A stretch of DNA of 64,000 bases, taken from positions 3,968,001 to 4,032,000 of the forward strand of contig OY762911.1 in NCBI GenBank assembly GCA_963666565.1, read 5' to 3'. The notes below the pieces were generated by a model. The model made no database searches. It was not told where the DNA came from and saw only the letters and a program-made list of their open reading frames with translations. Positions 10,033-19,754 of this stretch are shown piece after piece (position 1 is the first letter of the stretch; every line of letters begins with the position of its first letter). The position numbers were made by a program, and so were the translations under genes. The stretch is from Thermoanaerobaculia bacterium (GTDB taxonomy: Bacteria; Acidobacteriota; Thermoanaerobaculia; Multivoradales; Multivoraceae).

Positions 10033-12212
10033 GCCGCCGCACCGTCGGCGCCCTGGTCGCGAACGACCTGCGTCAGCTCGCCCGGAACCCCCGGCTGCTG
10101 ATCTTCGCCGTCGCGCTGCCGCTCGTCCTGTGGCCGCTGATGTGGTTCCTGACCTCGCTGACCGGGGAGCGGCGGCAGGAACGGCTGGAGAGCCGCACCT
10201 ACCTCTACGCCGTGGCCGATGCGGCGGCCGCGGCCGACGGCCCCACGGCAGCGGACGACCCGACGGCGGCCGAAGACTCGGCTGCGGCCAACGGCGCGGC
10301 TTGGCTCGAACGGGCGCTGGCGACCGTCGGCGAAGACGCAGGGGCTGGCTACGCCGCGCCCGAAGACGGACCGGCGGTGCGCTTCGAGCGCGTTCCCGCG
10401 CCGGACGACCTGGCCGCCGCGCTCGAGGCCGGCGAACTCCACGTCCACGTCGCCTGGCGGTCCGGCCCCGGCAACGACCGCGCGTCCCCGGACCCCGGCG
10501 AGGCGGCCGGCGCGACAGGCGACACGGGGGCGGCAGCCGGCGAACCGACCGACGACGACCGCGAGGCGGCCGCAGCAACGGGCGACGAGGCCGCGGCAAC
10601 CGAGGACCCGGTGCCGCGGGCCGTTCTCACCTACCGCGCCGACCTCGACGCCTCGAACGCCGCGGAGGGTTTCCTGCGGCGCGCCCTGCAACAAACCCGC
10701 GTCGAAGTCCGCGACCGGCGTCTCGTCGCCGCCGGCTTCGAGACGGATCCCGCGGACCTGCTGCCGGTCGAACGGATCGAAACCGCGAGCCAGGAGCAGA
10801 CCTCGGGGCTGCTGCTCGGCCGCATCCTGACCGCGATCATCGTGCTGATGATGCTGACTGGCGGCTCGATCGTCGCCACCGACGCGCTGGCGGGCGAGAA
10901 GGAACGCGGCACGCTCGAAACCCTGCTGACGACGGCCGCCCGCCGGATCGAGATCGTCGTCGCCAAGAACCTCTCGATCCTGTCCGTCGCGCTGATCACG
11001 AGCGTGCTCAACATCGCGAACATCGTGCTGTGGATGCAGTTCGACGTCATCCCGGCGCCCGAGGGCCTGAAGCTGGTCGTCCCGATCGGGACGGGCCTGC
11101 TGCTGGTCCTGCTCTACGCGCCGGCCGCGGTGCTGCTCTCCAGCGCCCTGCTGCTCGTCTCCGGCCGCTCGAAGACGTACAAGGAGGCGCAACTGCTGTT
11201 CGCGCCGGTGATGCTCGGATCGCTCGCCATCGCCGCCATCCCGGTGCTGCCGGGCATCGAACTGCGCAGCGCGATCGTCCTCGTGCCGATCGCCAATCTC
11301 GGCGTCGCGGCCCGCGAGATCCTGACCGGCGCCTTCGACTGGCCGCTGCTCGCCGCCGCCTGGACGGTCACCGCCGGCGCCGCGGCCCTGCTCGCCCTCG
11401 CTTCCGTCCGCGCCCTGTCCGCCGAGAAGCTGATCACCGCCAGCGACACGGACGCCGCCGACCTCGCGGGCGGACCCGCGCTCTTCCCGCGCCGCGTCGC
11501 GCGCTGGTTCGCCGTCCTCTGGGCCCTGCTCCTGGTGTGGCAACTGAACGTCGGCGGCATCGACAGCCGCCTGCTCATCGCCATCAACATGTCCATCTTC
11601 GGCGCCGCCGCCTGGCTGATGATCGTCCGCTATCGGCTGCCCCTGCGCGAGACCCTGTCGCTCCGGGCGCCGCCCGCGACCGCCTGGCTGGGCGTCCTGA
11701 TCGCCGCCCCGGCGGGCCTCGTCCTGGCCAACGGCGTCGTCCGCCTCGCCAGCCTGGCGATGCCGATCCCGGAAGAGTGGATCGAAGCGATGGCCGACGC
11801 CTTCGGCGCCGACCTCCCGCTCTGGCAGATGCTCTTCTTCTTCGCCGTCCTGCCCGGCATCTTCGAGGAGATCGCCTTCCGCGGCGTCCTCCTCCACGGC
11901 CTGAGAACGCGGCTCCGCCCGGTCCCCCTCGTCCTCGTCGCCGGCATCGCCTTCGGCTTCTTCCACGTAGACCTCTTCCGGATTCCCCCCACCGCGCTGC
12001 TCGGCATCTTCCTCGTGATCGCCGTCCTCCGCTCCGGCTCCATCTACCCGGCCATGGCCTGGCACGCGCTGCACAACGCCCTCGCCCTCGGCAGCGCCCG
12101 CGTCGAGCAGATCCCGCTTCCCGAACAACCGCCCTGGTGGCACTACGCCCTGGCCCTGGCCGCCCTTCTCCTCGCCTTCCGTCTGATGGGCCGACAGGCC
12201 AAGGCGCCTTGA
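10029..12212 (+). CDS. NatB-like ABC permease fused to a CPBP (Abi/CAAX-type) intramembrane protease
   Basis: AGEKERGTLETLL in the permease part. C-terminal CPBP motifs FEEIAFRG, FGFFH and HALHN. Confidence 0.88.
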   Translation: MSRRTVGALVANDLRQLARNPRLLIFAVALPLVLWPLMWFLTSLTGERRQERLESRTYLYAVADAAAAADGPTAADDPTAAEDSAAANGAAWLERALATVGEDAGAGYAAPEDGPAVRFERVPAPDDLAAALEAGELHVHVAWRSGPGNDRASPDPGEAAGATGDTGAAAGEPTDDDREAAAATGDEAAATEDPVPRAVLTYRADLDASNAAEGFLRRALQQTRVEVRDRRLVAAGFETDPADLLPVERIETASQEQTSGLLLGRILTAIIVLMMLTGGSIVATDALAGEKERGTLETLLTTAARRIEIVVAKNLSILSVALITSVLNIANIVLWMQFDVIPAPEGLKLVVPIGTGLLLVLLYAPAAVLLSSALLLVSGRSKTYKEAQLLFAPVMLGSLAIAAIPVLPGIELRSAIVLVPIANLGVAAREILTGAFDWPLLAAAWTVTAGAAALLALASVRALSAEKLITASDTDAADLAGGPALFPRRVARWFAVLWALLLVWQLNVGGIDSRLLIAINMSIFGAAAWLMIVRYRLPLRETLSLRAPPATAWLGVLIAAPAGLVLANGVVRLASLAMPIPEEWIEAMADAFGADLPLWQMLFFFAVLPGIFEEIAFRGVLLHGLRTRLRPVPLVLVAGIAFGFFHVDLFRIPPTALLGIFLVIAVLRSGSIYPAMAWHALHNALALGSARVEQIPLPEQPPWWHYALALAALLLAFRLMGRQAKAP

Positions 12213-12296
12213 ATCTCCCCTCGCCACGACTCCGCCATCCAAAGTCAAGAAAAGCCGCAACGCCCGACACGACGGACCATCACAGCAAGCCGTCCA

Positions 12297-12471
12297 GGCG
12301 GAAGCGGGCCGGAGGGGAGGGTCCCAGGGGGTCGGAGCCAAGCGACTCCCGGCGACGCCGCGTCGACCGACGCCGACGTGAAGCGCAGACGACAACAGCG
12401 AGCCCATACCCCCCATCCACTCCGAGAGGGCGAGCGTCCCCTGGGACCCTCCCCTCCGGCCCGCTTCCGCC
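12297..12471. repeat. 175-bp element with perfect 34-bp terminal inverted repeats (MITE/REPIN-like)
   Basis: GGCGGAAGCGGGCCGGAGGGGAGGGTCCCAGGGG at 12297-12330 and its exact reverse complement at 12438-12471, between convergent genes. Confidence 0.8.
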
Positions 12472-12486
12472 GGGTGCGTCCGCCGC

Positions 12487-13272
12487 TCAGTTGACCCAGG
12501 GGCCGCGGCGCACGCGGTCCTCGTCCTTCGGCTTCGCGCCGCCTGGGACGACCCGGAACCTGCGTCGGCCGCGGTTCAGCTTCTGCTTGACGGACCAGCG
12601 CTCGTAGCGGAGGCGCACCTGCCGCATCAGCCCCTTCGCGCGCCCCGGCCGCAGCAGGACGAACACGGCGCCGACCGCGGTGCAGATGCCGAGGAAGCCG
12701 GCCAGATCGCCGGTGCCCAGGAAGCCGATCCAGGCGAACGCGATCTCGATGGCGATGAACCATTTCGCCCTGATGGGCAGGATGAAGAAGAGCATGATCG
12801 TCGCGTCGCGCCGCATGAGGGCGAAGCCGGCGATCGCGATCGCCAGCAGCATCCGCTGGCCCTGCATCAGGACGAAGGCGTTGCCGCCGGCGCCGAACGG
12901 AACCTGCACCAGGCAGGCGACGACGGCCGCCCCGCCGGCCGCCATCCACAGCAGGTTCCAGAACCGCTGCCGGCCGAGCGACCAGCGCAGATCGTTCGCG
13001 AACATGTAGAAGATCAGGAGTTCCAGCAGGAACCAGATCGACGGCCCGCCCCAGCCGGCCGCCGGATAGGTCAGGAGCTGCCAGACCGTCCCCTGCTGCC
13101 ACACCGAACTCGACAGCCGCATCAGCTCCGGCAAGAGGGCCAGCCCCGGCAGGAACTGCATCGAGAAGGTGACGAACAGCACCCCCACGAGCAGCAGCAG
13201 GTCGCGCGCGTGGGGGCCCGAGAGCCCGCCGAAGCTCACCCTGCGCGCGTAGGGTCCTCCACCCATCGTCAT
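12487..13272 (-). CDS. Rhomboid-like / DUF1751-type membrane protein
   Basis: VWQLLTY, several TM helices and a basic C-terminal tail. No GxS..H catalytic dyad is visible. Start placed at MTMGG. Confidence 0.65.
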   Translation of the reverse strand: MTMGGGPYARRVSFGGLSGPHARDLLLLVGVLFVTFSMQFLPGLALLPELMRLSSSVWQQGTVWQLLTYPAAGWGGPSIWFLLELLIFYMFANDLRWSLGRQRFWNLLWMAAGGAAVVACLVQVPFGAGGNAFVLMQGQRMLLAIAIAGFALMRRDATIMLFFILPIRAKWFIAIEIAFAWIGFLGTGDLAGFLGICTAVGAVFVLLRPGRAKGLMRQVRLRYERWSVKQKLNRGRRRFRVVPGGAKPKDEDRVRRGPWVN

Positions 13273-13280
13273 GGTGCGGG

Positions 13281-13307
13281 ATTGTAGCTGCCGCAAGCGC
13301 GTACAAT
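13281..13307. promoter_or_regulatory. Back-to-back divergent -10 boxes (TACAAT on each strand)
   Basis: ATTGTA at 13281-13286 and TACAAT at 13302-13307, between divergent genes. Confidence 0.55.
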
Positions 13308-13339
13308 CGCCGGCCACCTGAGACGGGAGGGCGACGGAG

Positions 13340-13933
13340 ATGGACCGAGAAGCAGCCTGGCAGACGGTGCGGGAGTTCGTGAAGGCGCCGGGCCTGAGGA
13401 AACACATGCTGGCGGTCGAGGCCGCGATGCGTTGGTACGCGGAACAGCTTGGCGGCAACCCGGAGTCCTGGGGCCTCGCCGGCCTGCTCCACGACTTCGA
13501 CTGGGAGATCCACCCCACTCTCGAACAGCACCCGGCCGACGGCGCGCCGATCCTGCGCGAGCGCGGCCTGGACAAGGGCATCGTCAGGACAATCCTCTCG
13601 CACAACACGGAGGGCACCGGCGTCGAGCGGGAGACCGCGCGCGACTACGCCCTGCTGGCCTGCGACGAGATCACGGGGCTCATCAGCGCCGCCGCGCTTA
13701 TCCGTCCGAGCAAGGACGTGCGCGACGTTCCGCTCAAGTCCGTCCGCAAGCGCTGGAAGCAGCGTGCCTTCGCCGCCGGCGTCGACCGCGAGCACGTCGA
13801 GGAAGTCACCGCCGACTTCAGCCGCGAGTGCTTCGACGGCGAACTCGAACTCTGGCAGCACGCCGGCAACGTGCTGGCGGCGATGCAGGGCATCGCGGCC
13901 GAGCTGGAGCTCGACGGCCGGCTGGCGAAGTGA
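13340..13933 (+). CDS. HD-domain (HDIG-like) phosphohydrolase
   Basis: KHMLAVE..GLLHDFD..HP..ILSH..ACDEITG, with a GGGAGG RBS. Confidence 0.88.
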   Translation: MDREAAWQTVREFVKAPGLRKHMLAVEAAMRWYAEQLGGNPESWGLAGLLHDFDWEIHPTLEQHPADGAPILRERGLDKGIVRTILSHNTEGTGVERETARDYALLACDEITGLISAAALIRPSKDVRDVPLKSVRKRWKQRAFAAGVDREHVEEVTADFSRECFDGELELWQHAGNVLAAMQGIAAELELDGRLAK

Positions 13934-15390
13934 TCTTCCTGGCGCTGTCTGCGTTGCTCGCGGGGGCCGTGGCGGCGCAAGAACACACCGCCCGAACCAA
14001 CGTCCTCTGGATCGACATCGACGACCAATCGCCCTGGTACTCGAGTTACGGGCACGACGTCGTCGAGACGCCCAACATCGACGCGCTGGCGCGACAGGGC
14101 GTCCTGTTCGAGCGGGCGTACGCGCCGACGCCGGTGTGCAGCCCGACCCGTTCCTCGCTGATCACCGGCAGCTACGCCATCCGGATCGGAGCGCACGACC
14201 ATCGTTCGGGGCGGGTTCCCGGCTACCGGATCCACCTGCCGAAAGGGGTCGTGACCGTTCCCGAACTGTTCCGGGCCGCGGGCTACGAGACCTGGAACGC
14301 CAGCAAGGACGACTTCAACTTCTCCTACGACCGCGCGAAGCTCTACACGATCGGCCCCGAGCCGTCGGACATCCCGTCCTGGAAGGGCCCTCAGGGCGGC
14401 GGGCACTGGCGCGACGTGTCCGAAGGCAAGCCGTTCTTCGGGCACACGAAGGTCGCCGGCGGCAAGGCCGTCGCAACCATCGCCGAGGAGTTGAAGGCGC
14501 TCGGTCTTGGGCCCGTGGATCCGGTGGACGTGCCGGTGCCGGCGCAGTACCCCGACGTACCCCAGGTGCGCCGCCACATCGCCGATCACTACAACTCGAT
14601 CCTGCGCACCGACCACCAGGTAGGCGAGCTGGTGGCGCAACTGAAGGCCGACGGACTCTGGGCAAGCACCGTCCTCGTGCTCTTCTCGGACCACGGCTCC
14701 GATCTGCCCCGGAGCAAGGAGTTCTCCTACGACGAAGGCCTGAGGATTCCGCTGATCGTCGTCGCGCCGGGACGACCGGAGGTCGTCAAGCCCGGCACGC
14801 GACGGGACGATCTCGTCAACCTGATGGACATCGCGGCCACGTCGCTGGCGCTCGCCGGCCTCGACGTGCCGGAGTTCATGGACGCGAAGGACATCTTCGA
14901 TCCGGACTACCGCCGCGACTACGTGTTCACCTCGGCCGACCGCATGTCGAACGTCATCGACCGGGTCCGATCCGTGGTGGGACCGCGTTACCACTACATC
15001 AGGAACTTCCTGCTGGACCGGCCGCTCATCAACTGGGGCCATCGGGAGATGATCGACCTCGCGGGCGATTCGGATGACAGCAGCTTCCTGACGATCCGGC
15101 GACTGGCCGGGGAAGGCAAGCTGACGCCCGCCCAGGCCGCGCCCTACGGGCAACGCGTCGCCGAAGAGCTCTACGATCTCGAGAACGACCCGGACGAAGT
15201 GGTCAACGTGGCCGGAGATCCCGCCCATGCCGGCGTGCTGAACGAGATGCGCGAAGCGCTGGCAGGCTGGATCGAAGACACCGACGACAAAGGCCAGTAC
15301 CCCAGGTCCCAGGCCGCGATGAACGAGATCACCGAGCGCTTCGCCAAGGACTGGCTTCGAAGCCCCGAGTTCCGCGATCTGCCGAAGTAG
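13930..15390 (+). CDS. Exported formylglycine-type sulfatase
   Basis: GTG overlaps the upstream stop. Signal peptide, NVLWIDIDD, CSPTRSSLITG, SDHG, ELYDL..DP.E. Confidence 0.92.
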   Translation: MIFLALSALLAGAVAAQEHTARTNVLWIDIDDQSPWYSSYGHDVVETPNIDALARQGVLFERAYAPTPVCSPTRSSLITGSYAIRIGAHDHRSGRVPGYRIHLPKGVVTVPELFRAAGYETWNASKDDFNFSYDRAKLYTIGPEPSDIPSWKGPQGGGHWRDVSEGKPFFGHTKVAGGKAVATIAEELKALGLGPVDPVDVPVPAQYPDVPQVRRHIADHYNSILRTDHQVGELVAQLKADGLWASTVLVLFSDHGSDLPRSKEFSYDEGLRIPLIVVAPGRPEVVKPGTRRDDLVNLMDIAATSLALAGLDVPEFMDAKDIFDPDYRRDYVFTSADRMSNVIDRVRSVVGPRYHYIRNFLLDRPLINWGHREMIDLAGDSDDSSFLTIRRLAGEGKLTPAQAAPYGQRVAEELYDLENDPDEVVNVAGDPAHAGVLNEMREALAGWIEDTDDKGQYPRSQAAMNEITERFAKDWLRSPEFRDLPK

Positions 15391-15416
15391 GGGCCGGCAA
15401 CAGCCCGCCGAACCGC

Positions 15417-16658
15417 CTACGCCTTCGACGGATACCGGCTCTCCACGTACTCCCCGACGATCCGGGTGAACTGGGCGGACAGTTCCGCGGCGGTGCCCCG
15501 CAACGTCGTGAACTGCCGGCCGTCGACGTAGACCGGGCAGGTCGGCGCTTCGCCGGTGCCCGGCAGCGAGATGCCGATGTCGGCGGCCTTCGACTCGCCG
15601 GGGCCGTTCACGACGCAGCCCATGACGGCGAGCTTCAACTCCTCAACGCCATCGAAGCGGCTGCGCCACTCGGGCATGTTCGCCTCGATGAAGTCCTCGA
15701 CCTTCAGCGCCAGCTCCTGGAAGGTCGTGCTCGTTGTGCGGCCACAACCCGGGCAGGCGGTGACGCTGGGCGCGAAGGCGCGGAGCCCCAGCGCCTGGAG
15801 CAGCTCGCGGCAGGCGTGGACCTCCTCGCGGCGATCGCCGCCGGGCCGCGGGGTCAGGGACGTTCGAATCGTGTCGCCGATACCTTCGGCCAGCAGGACC
15901 GACATCGCCGACGACGACCAGATCAGCCCCTTGAGCCCCATCCCGGCTTCGGTCAGGCCGAGGTGAAGCGGCTGCCGCGTGCGGCTCGCGAGGTTCCGGT
16001 AGACCTCGATCAGGTCTCTGGGCGAGGACGTCTTGCACGAGATGACGATCTGCTCCTCCGTCAGGCCGCAGTCGAGCGCCAGCTCGGTGGAACGGAGCGC
16101 CGACAGCACCATGCACTCGCCGACGATCTCCTGCGACGTCTTGCCGAGGTCGCGATCCGTGTTCTCCTCCATCTTCGCCACCAGCAGGTCCTGATCCAGC
16201 GACCCGCCGTTGACGCCTATGCGAACCGGCTTCCCGAGCCTCCGGGCCACCTCGCAGATCGCCGCGAACTGGGGATCCCGGCGGCCGCCGCGGCCGACGT
16301 TGCCGGGGTTGATCCGCAGCTTCGCGAGAGCCCTCGCGCACGCCGGATGCCGCTCCAGGAGGATGTGGCCGTTGTAGTGAAAGTCGCCGACCAGGGGCGC
16401 TTCGCAACCCTCGGCGTCGAGCCGGGCACGGATCTCGGGCACGGCGACCGCCGCCGCGTCGACGTTCACGGTGACCCGCACCAGTTCGGAGCCGGCCTCC
16501 GTCAGCGCCAGCGCCTGGGCGGTCGTCGCCTCGACGTCCGCGGTGTCGGTGCTCGTCATCGACTGGACGACCACCGGCGCGCCTCCGCCCACGGCCACGC
16601 CGCCGACGTCGACCGGGTGAGTCGTGCTGCGATGCGCTTCCGGCGCGGCAACCGCCAT
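15417..16658 (-). CDS. ispG: (E)-4-hydroxy-3-methylbut-2-enyl-diphosphate synthase
   Basis: VQSMT, RINPGN, RIGVNGGS, HLGLTEAG, CPGCGRT, MGCVVNGPGE. Confidence 0.97.
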   Translation of the reverse strand: MAVAAPEAHRSTTHPVDVGGVAVGGGAPVVVQSMTSTDTADVEATTAQALALTEAGSELVRVTVNVDAAAVAVPEIRARLDAEGCEAPLVGDFHYNGHILLERHPACARALAKLRINPGNVGRGGRRDPQFAAICEVARRLGKPVRIGVNGGSLDQDLLVAKMEENTDRDLGKTSQEIVGECMVLSALRSTELALDCGLTEEQIVISCKTSSPRDLIEVYRNLASRTRQPLHLGLTEAGMGLKGLIWSSSAMSVLLAEGIGDTIRTSLTPRPGGDRREEVHACRELLQALGLRAFAPSVTACPGCGRTTSTTFQELALKVEDFIEANMPEWRSRFDGVEELKLAVMGCVVNGPGESKAADIGISLPGTGEAPTCPVYVDGRQFTTLRGTAAELSAQFTRIVGEYVESRYPSKA

Positions 16659-16698
16659 GACGACGGCAGGCTACAGCACCCAAGTAGCATGACTGCCC

Positions 16699-19686
16699 AT
16701 GTCCAAGCGTCAGCGGCCAGACCGGGACAACCTGCGACGGTCCCTTGCAACAGGCCTTGCGACGATCGCGGGGCTTTCGAGCCTCGCCTTCGCCCAACCG
16801 CTCTACGACCTGCTGCGGCGGGCGCCGGAGTTCTTCGCCATCCGGGATCTCTCGATGGTCGACCTCCTGACGCTCGTCCTTCTGTTGGCGGTCGTTCCAA
16901 CACTGGTGCTCGGCGCACCGGCCCTTCTCGCGCGGGTCATCCGTCCTCCCTGGACCAGGCAGGCCGCGGCAGCCGCGGTTGGTCTCCTGACCGCGATCAT
17001 CGGCCTCCAGGCGCTCCGGGCCCTGCCCACGGCCGCCGCCGTTGCCGTCTCGGCCTTGACAGCCGCGGCCGCCGCCTGGGCCTATCTCCGCTTCCAGGGC
17101 GTTCGCTCCTTCGGCCTGCTTCTGTCCGCCGCAGCGATCATCGTCCCTGCCCTGCTAGTGATCGACCCGCGCGTCCGGCAGAGCGCCGCCTTCGCGAGCC
17201 GCGATGTCGCCGTGGACGAGACCGATACCGGTGCCCGCGCACCCATCGTCCTCGTCATCTTCGACGAGTGGTCCCTGACCTCAATCCTGGATCGGACGGG
17301 CTCGATCGACCGGGAGCGCCTCCCCAATCTGGCAGCGCTCGGCGACCGTGCCACGTGGTACCCCAACGCAACGGCCGCCGCGGACGTCTCCGAGCTCGCC
17401 GTACCGGCGATGCTGACCGGTTCCGCTGCCCGCCACGGGCAACTCCCGACAGCCGCCGAGCACCCGGTCAACCTGTTCACCCTGCTCGCAGCAAGCCACG
17501 ACCTGTACGTTGTCGAGCCGATCACTTCGCTGTGCCCGCCTCAACTCAACCTGCTCGCGGAGTCCCGACAACCCACCCGCGAACGTCTCGGCCTCCTGGT
17601 TTCCGACCTTACGCTCGTCTGGCTCAAACTCACCCTGCCGTCGCCCTGGAGGGACCGCTTCCCGGAGGTGACGCAGACCTGGAGCGGCTTCGGCCACGAC
17701 GCACCGCGGACGGCCGAGGCGCCGCCGACCGACCAGCCGGTTCCGCGCGCCCTGTTCCACCTGAGCCGAACCGACCGGGCGGCCGAGTTCCGTCGCTTCG
17801 TTCAAGTGATCGGAAGTCCGAACGAGCGACCGGGATTCTACTTCCTCCATTCGATGCTGCCCCACGCACCCTGGGAGTACCTGCCCTCCGGTCGCCGCTA
17901 TGAGGCTCCCTCGGGCGGCGTCCATGGTCTCGAACGGGAGCTCTGGAGCGAGAGCCCTTGGCCCGTTCTGCACCACCGGAAGCGCTATCTGCTGCAGGTC
18001 GAGTTCCTGGATCGCCTGATCGGCGAACTCACAGCCCAGCTCAAGTCGACCGGACTGTTCGATCAGAGCCTGATCGTAATCACCGCAGACCACGGAATCG
18101 CCTTCCGACCAGGCAGGTCCCGGCGCTTGCTGGAGCTCACCGACCTCGAAGGCGGCCAACCGCTCGACCTGGCCAACGTACCTCTGCTGGTCAAGGCACC
18201 GTTCCAGCTGCACCCTGGCGTCGATCAGGCACCGATCTCTCTCGCCGGAATGACGCCGCTGGTCCTCGATCTGGCGGGCGCCGAGGAGGGCAGGACGCCA
18301 CAGCCGAAGAGAGCATCAGCCTCACCGGCGATGGTCGGCAAGTACGCAGGCGAAGTCGAGTTGGCCGCCGACCGCGAGTCGTGGCGGCAAAGCAGACTCA
18401 CCGAGCAGGCAGGGCTTCTGGGGCAATCGAACGACCCCATGGCGATCGGCGTGCGCCCGGAGCTCCATGGCCGCCCTGCGACCGACCTGACGGTCCGGAA
18501 CAGCGAACTGACCATCGAGCTCACGGACGCCTGGGCCTGGGACCACGTCGACCCCGCCCTGACGGACGTTCCGGCGCTGGTCGAAGGTTCCTTCGACCGC
18601 CGGAGTCTTCCCGGCGACCCGGATGTCGCCGTCGCCCTGAACGGCGTGGTCGCTGCCACCGTGAGGCCCCACATCGGGCCTGAGGGACGTCTCCGCATCG
18701 CCGCGGTGCTCCCGGAGTCCGGGCTCGCGGCCGGCCTCAACCAGGTCGACATCTTCCTCGTCGCAGAGACCGACGGGGAAGTTGAACTAGAGCATGTCCA
18801 ACGGGTCCGCTACCCGGTCTACGCCACGTCCCGCGACGAAAGAGGGCGAATCGGCGCGCTGGTCCGTCGCTCCAGAAGCGCTCTGGACGATTCGCCCGAC
18901 CGGTTCCGGGTCGTGCGACCCGACCCGGAAGGTCTGTTCGGCAACCTCGACGGCAGCCTCGAGACGGTTGCCACCTTCCAGGGCTGGGCCATCGACCGCG
19001 AGGCTCCGGACGGTGTCGAAGAAGTCGTTGCCTTCCTGGCGGGTCGTCCATTCGCGGTGAGCGCAGTGGCTCTGGAGAGGCCGGACGTAGCCGAACGCCA
19101 CGGCAGCGAGCACATGCGTAGCGGCTTTCTGCTCCGGCCGCCCGCCGGCAGCTCCGAAGGCCAACTCTTCGGCCAGCGCGAGGGCATGTACGACGCATTG
19201 CACCGCGAGGGCGTCGTCGCCTATGCCGTCTCGCGCCGGGGCCGCGCGGCGCGCCTCCGCTTCTCTTACCTGCCGATCGAACGTCGCGGGCACGCTAGCG
19301 AGACGATGCCGATCACCGACGGCCGGCGACTCACCGTGCAACAGCCGGGCAACGGCTTCGACGGCTCAGTCGACATCGTGACCAGGTGGAACAGTGCCAC
19401 GGTCATCGAAGGCTGGGCCGCCGACCTCGAGCGCAGCGAACGGCCCCGCCAGATCGTCATCTACCGCGACGGCGAGTTCCTTGCCAGCCTCGGCATCAAC
19501 AGAGACCGGCCGGACGTCCGGGAACGCTACGACGACCAGCGGCTGCTGCGCACAGGTTTCCGCGGCGCTGTGCCCGACGCTCCAGAGCCGGCGACCTTCA
19601 GCGAGCAGCACCGCGTGTTCGCCATCATGCTCCGCGGCGTCGCGCTTGAGCTGAGGAGCCTCTCCGCATCACCGCCGGATCCCTAA
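16699..19686 (+). CDS. Membrane-anchored alkaline-phosphatase-superfamily (sulfatase-like/LtaS-like) protein with shared C-terminal module
   Basis: About 5 N-terminal TM segments. IVLVIFDE, AAADVS...PAMLTG, HSMLPHAPW, TADHG. C-terminal GWAxD..RPDV..GF repeats. Confidence 0.82.
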   Translation: MSKRQRPDRDNLRRSLATGLATIAGLSSLAFAQPLYDLLRRAPEFFAIRDLSMVDLLTLVLLLAVVPTLVLGAPALLARVIRPPWTRQAAAAAVGLLTAIIGLQALRALPTAAAVAVSALTAAAAAWAYLRFQGVRSFGLLLSAAAIIVPALLVIDPRVRQSAAFASRDVAVDETDTGARAPIVLVIFDEWSLTSILDRTGSIDRERLPNLAALGDRATWYPNATAAADVSELAVPAMLTGSAARHGQLPTAAEHPVNLFTLLAASHDLYVVEPITSLCPPQLNLLAESRQPTRERLGLLVSDLTLVWLKLTLPSPWRDRFPEVTQTWSGFGHDAPRTAEAPPTDQPVPRALFHLSRTDRAAEFRRFVQVIGSPNERPGFYFLHSMLPHAPWEYLPSGRRYEAPSGGVHGLERELWSESPWPVLHHRKRYLLQVEFLDRLIGELTAQLKSTGLFDQSLIVITADHGIAFRPGRSRRLLELTDLEGGQPLDLANVPLLVKAPFQLHPGVDQAPISLAGMTPLVLDLAGAEEGRTPQPKRASASPAMVGKYAGEVELAADRESWRQSRLTEQAGLLGQSNDPMAIGVRPELHGRPATDLTVRNSELTIELTDAWAWDHVDPALTDVPALVEGSFDRRSLPGDPDVAVALNGVVAATVRPHIGPEGRLRIAAVLPESGLAAGLNQVDIFLVAETDGEVELEHVQRVRYPVYATSRDERGRIGALVRRSRSALDDSPDRFRVVRPDPEGLFGNLDGSLETVATFQGWAIDREAPDGVEEVVAFLAGRPFAVSAVALERPDVAERHGSEHMRSGFLLRPPAGSSEGQLFGQREGMYDALHREGVVAYAVSRRGRAARLRFSYLPIERRGHASETMPITDGRRLTVQQPGNGFDGSVDIVTRWNSATVIEGWAADLERSERPRQIVIYRDGEFLASLGINRDRPDVRERYDDQRLLRTGFRGAVPDAPEPATFSEQHRVFAIMLRGVALELRSLSASPPDP

Positions 19687-19754
19687 CGCGCGCGGGTCTC
19701 AGTTCTCTTCAACGCCGCCGCTCTTCTGGATGAACCCGAGTAACATCACCGCCC

